This document shows positions 62,654-64,000 of a stretch of DNA of 64,000 bases, piece by piece. The DNA comes from Myxococcaceae bacterium (GTDB taxonomy: Bacteria; Myxococcota; Myxococcia; Myxococcales; Myxococcaceae). The DNA is taken from contig JAEUJP010000398.1 in the NCBI GenBank assembly GCA_016793725.1, forward strand, positions 240-64,239, written 5' to 3'. How positions within the stretch are numbered: the stretch's first letter is position 1; each line of letters opens with the position of its first letter. The notes beneath the pieces are model-generated. The model was not told the origin of the DNA. It made no database searches and worked only from the letters and a program-made list of their open reading frames with translations. Position numbers and translations under genes: made by a program.

Positions 62654-63024
62654 GCCTGACTTTCGATGCCGGAGCGTTGATCGCGTTCGAGCGCAACGAT
62701 GGTCGCGTTGTCCGCGTACTTCAGCTGGCACTCGCCGACGGGGTCCGAATCGCGATTCCTGCAGGAGTGGTCGCGCAGGTGTGGCGAGACGGTCGCCAGC
62801 AGGCACGCCTCGCCCGGTTGCTGCGCTCGCGGGTCGTCGAGCTCGTGCCGCTCGACATCGAGCAGGCGCGAAATGCTGGTGCGCTCTGCGGCCGAACCTC
62901 CACCGACGACGTCATCGACGCATCGGTCGTACTGTGTGCGCGACATCGGAATCACGGCGTCATGACCTCCGACCCCGACGACCTCCACCGGCTCGACCCG
63001 ACGCTTCGGCTGGTTGTCGTGTAG
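62650..63024 (+). CDS. vapC: PIN-domain toxin (VapC-like)
   Basis: LTFDAGALIAF, DVIDASVV and VMTSDPDDL acidic motifs in the usual PIN order. Confidence 0.85.
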   Translation: MSLTFDAGALIAFERNDGRVVRVLQLALADGVRIAIPAGVVAQVWRDGRQQARLARLLRSRVVELVPLDIEQARNAGALCGRTSTDDVIDASVVLCARHRNHGVMTSDPDDLHRLDPTLRLVVV

Positions 63025-63034
63025 GGTCGCCCAC

Positions 63035-63688
63035 GTGAAGCGCGCCCTGCTGCTGTTCACGCTCTCGTTCGCCGCTGCTGCCTGCCGCTGTTACGTGCCG
63101 GTCATCGAAGGCCTCGACAGCGGCACCGCCGGCGGCTCGGCGGCGGGCACCGCAGGAGGCGGCGCGACGGCCGGTGGCACCGGCACCGCAGGCGGCTCGG
63201 GCTCGGCGGGCGCATGCGGGTCTGCGGCACAGTGCACGCAGCCTGGCCCCGCGATGTCGCTGTGCAGCTTTGGCCAGACCGACGCGGGCTACAGCTGCAT
63301 CGACTCCGAGTGCGTGTTCGAGTGCACGCGCGGCCGTACGTGCAGCACGGCGGAAGATGCCGGCTGCCTCGCGTGCGGCGCCGCGCGCTCGTGCGCGACC
63401 TCGCCCAACTGCAACCGCAACGCGGTGGCGGCGCTCGACAGCGACAACGGCTGCCCGATGTCGTTTCCGAGCGGCCTGACGCTCACGCCGCTCGCGAACG
63501 CCTGCGGGTGGACGGTGACCGAGACGGGCACCACGCGCACGGTCGGCACCGTCTACCAGCTCGACGACGGCGACTTCGTCGCGCACATCGCCGAGCTCGG
63601 CGGCACCTGCGTCGGCTTCGCGCTGGCGTCACAGGTCGAGCGCTGGCTGCTCAGCTGCCCGGCGTGCCAGCTCGAGCTGCGGCTGTGA
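63035..63688 (+). CDS. Cys-rich lipoprotein with TAGG linker
   Basis: GTG start gives MKRALLLFTLSFAAAAC, then [30 protein letters not shown]. Confidence 0.7.
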   Translation: MKRALLLFTLSFAAAACRCYVPVIEGLDSGTAGGSAAGTAGGGATAGGTGTAGGSGSAGACGSAAQCTQPGPAMSLCSFGQTDAGYSCIDSECVFECTRGRTCSTAEDAGCLACGAARSCATSPNCNRNAVAALDSDNGCPMSFPSGLTLTPLANACGWTVTETGTTRTVGTVYQLDDGDFVAHIAELGGTCVGFALASQVERWLLSCPACQLELRL

Positions 63689-63691
63689 GGT

Positions 63692-64000
63692 TCACCACGT
63701 GACGTTCAGCGAGACCGAGCCGAGCTGATAGCAGCCGCCGTCTTCGACCGGCAGGTCGTCGTCGTAGTCCCACTCGACGAGCCTCAGGTTCGTGGCGGTC
63801 GCGCTGAACGCGCCTGAGCCCGCGTCGCGCGCGGCAGTCGTCACCGTCACCGACCCGGCCTGCGGGAAGAAGAGTCGGCCGTTCATCGAGCACGCGGGCT
63901 CTGCGTTGCCTGCGCCGGGGCTGCAGCTCTCGCGCAGGTACGGGCAGATGTTGCAGTCGATGAAGCGCGTGCTGGGGGTGAACGTCTCGGAGGCCGGCAG
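63692..64000 (-). CDS. Hypothetical protein, C-terminal part (gene runs off the right edge)
   Basis: The reading frame of ORF 63692..63886 stays open upstream to base 64000 (...FIDCNICPYLRESCSPGAGNAEPACSMNGRLFF...). Confidence 0.5.
   Translation of the reverse strand: MPASETFTPSTRFIDCNICPYLRESCSPGAGNAEPACSMNGRLFFPQAGSVTVTTAARDAGSGAFSATATNLRLVEWDYDDDLPVEDGGCYQLGSVSLNVTW

Overview
Very GC-rich (about 70% by eye) chromosomal segment, almost certainly from a myxobacterium (Myxococcota). Supporting traits: a MYXO-CTERM-type sorting tag, two Ser/Thr kinases with PEGA-like tails, an FHA/sigma-54 activator, many lipobox proteins, and DUF1501/DUF1552-type gene pairs. I call about 60 protein-coding genes. 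I recognised no rRNA, tRNA, CRISPR array, transposase, integrase or phage genes. Recognisable content: an ECF sigma/anti-sigma pair; a MoxR-DUF58-BatA/VWA module that is physically split by two inserted genes; two two-component systems, one with a frame-disrupted NarL-type regulator; a LysR/EamA divergon; an ArsR-SRPBCC-DHFR-like cluster; a 7.6-kb block of Planctomycete-type DUF genes carrying three CxxCH motifs; a VWA(DUF3520-like)-kinase-lipoprotein-regulator cluster; PrsW; DUF2330; and a vapBC-like toxin-antitoxin pair. The least explained part is 41.2-48.5 kb. It holds genes of no recognisable family, including two divergently transcribed, signal-less cysteine-protease-like proteins (one calpain-like Cys/His/Asn, one caspase-like His/Cys) and a bacterial PSI-like Cys-knot protein, and it is preceded by a 23-bp perfect hairpin and a 16-bp perfect palindrome. 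A paralogue of the calpain-like domain lies at 4.3-5.5 kb. Other points: a family of lipoproteins sharing (T/A)AGG(G/N) glycine-rich linkers encoded by tandem DNA repeats, REP-like palindromic elements embedded inside an ORF, and a 21-bp inverted repeat with nested hairpins in a convergent intergenic gap. All domain calls come from motif recognition by eye, with no HMM or BLAST run. Coordinates come from ORF-track arithmetic checked against the sequence. Most long ORFs antisense to these genes are high-GC shadow ORFs and were ignored.
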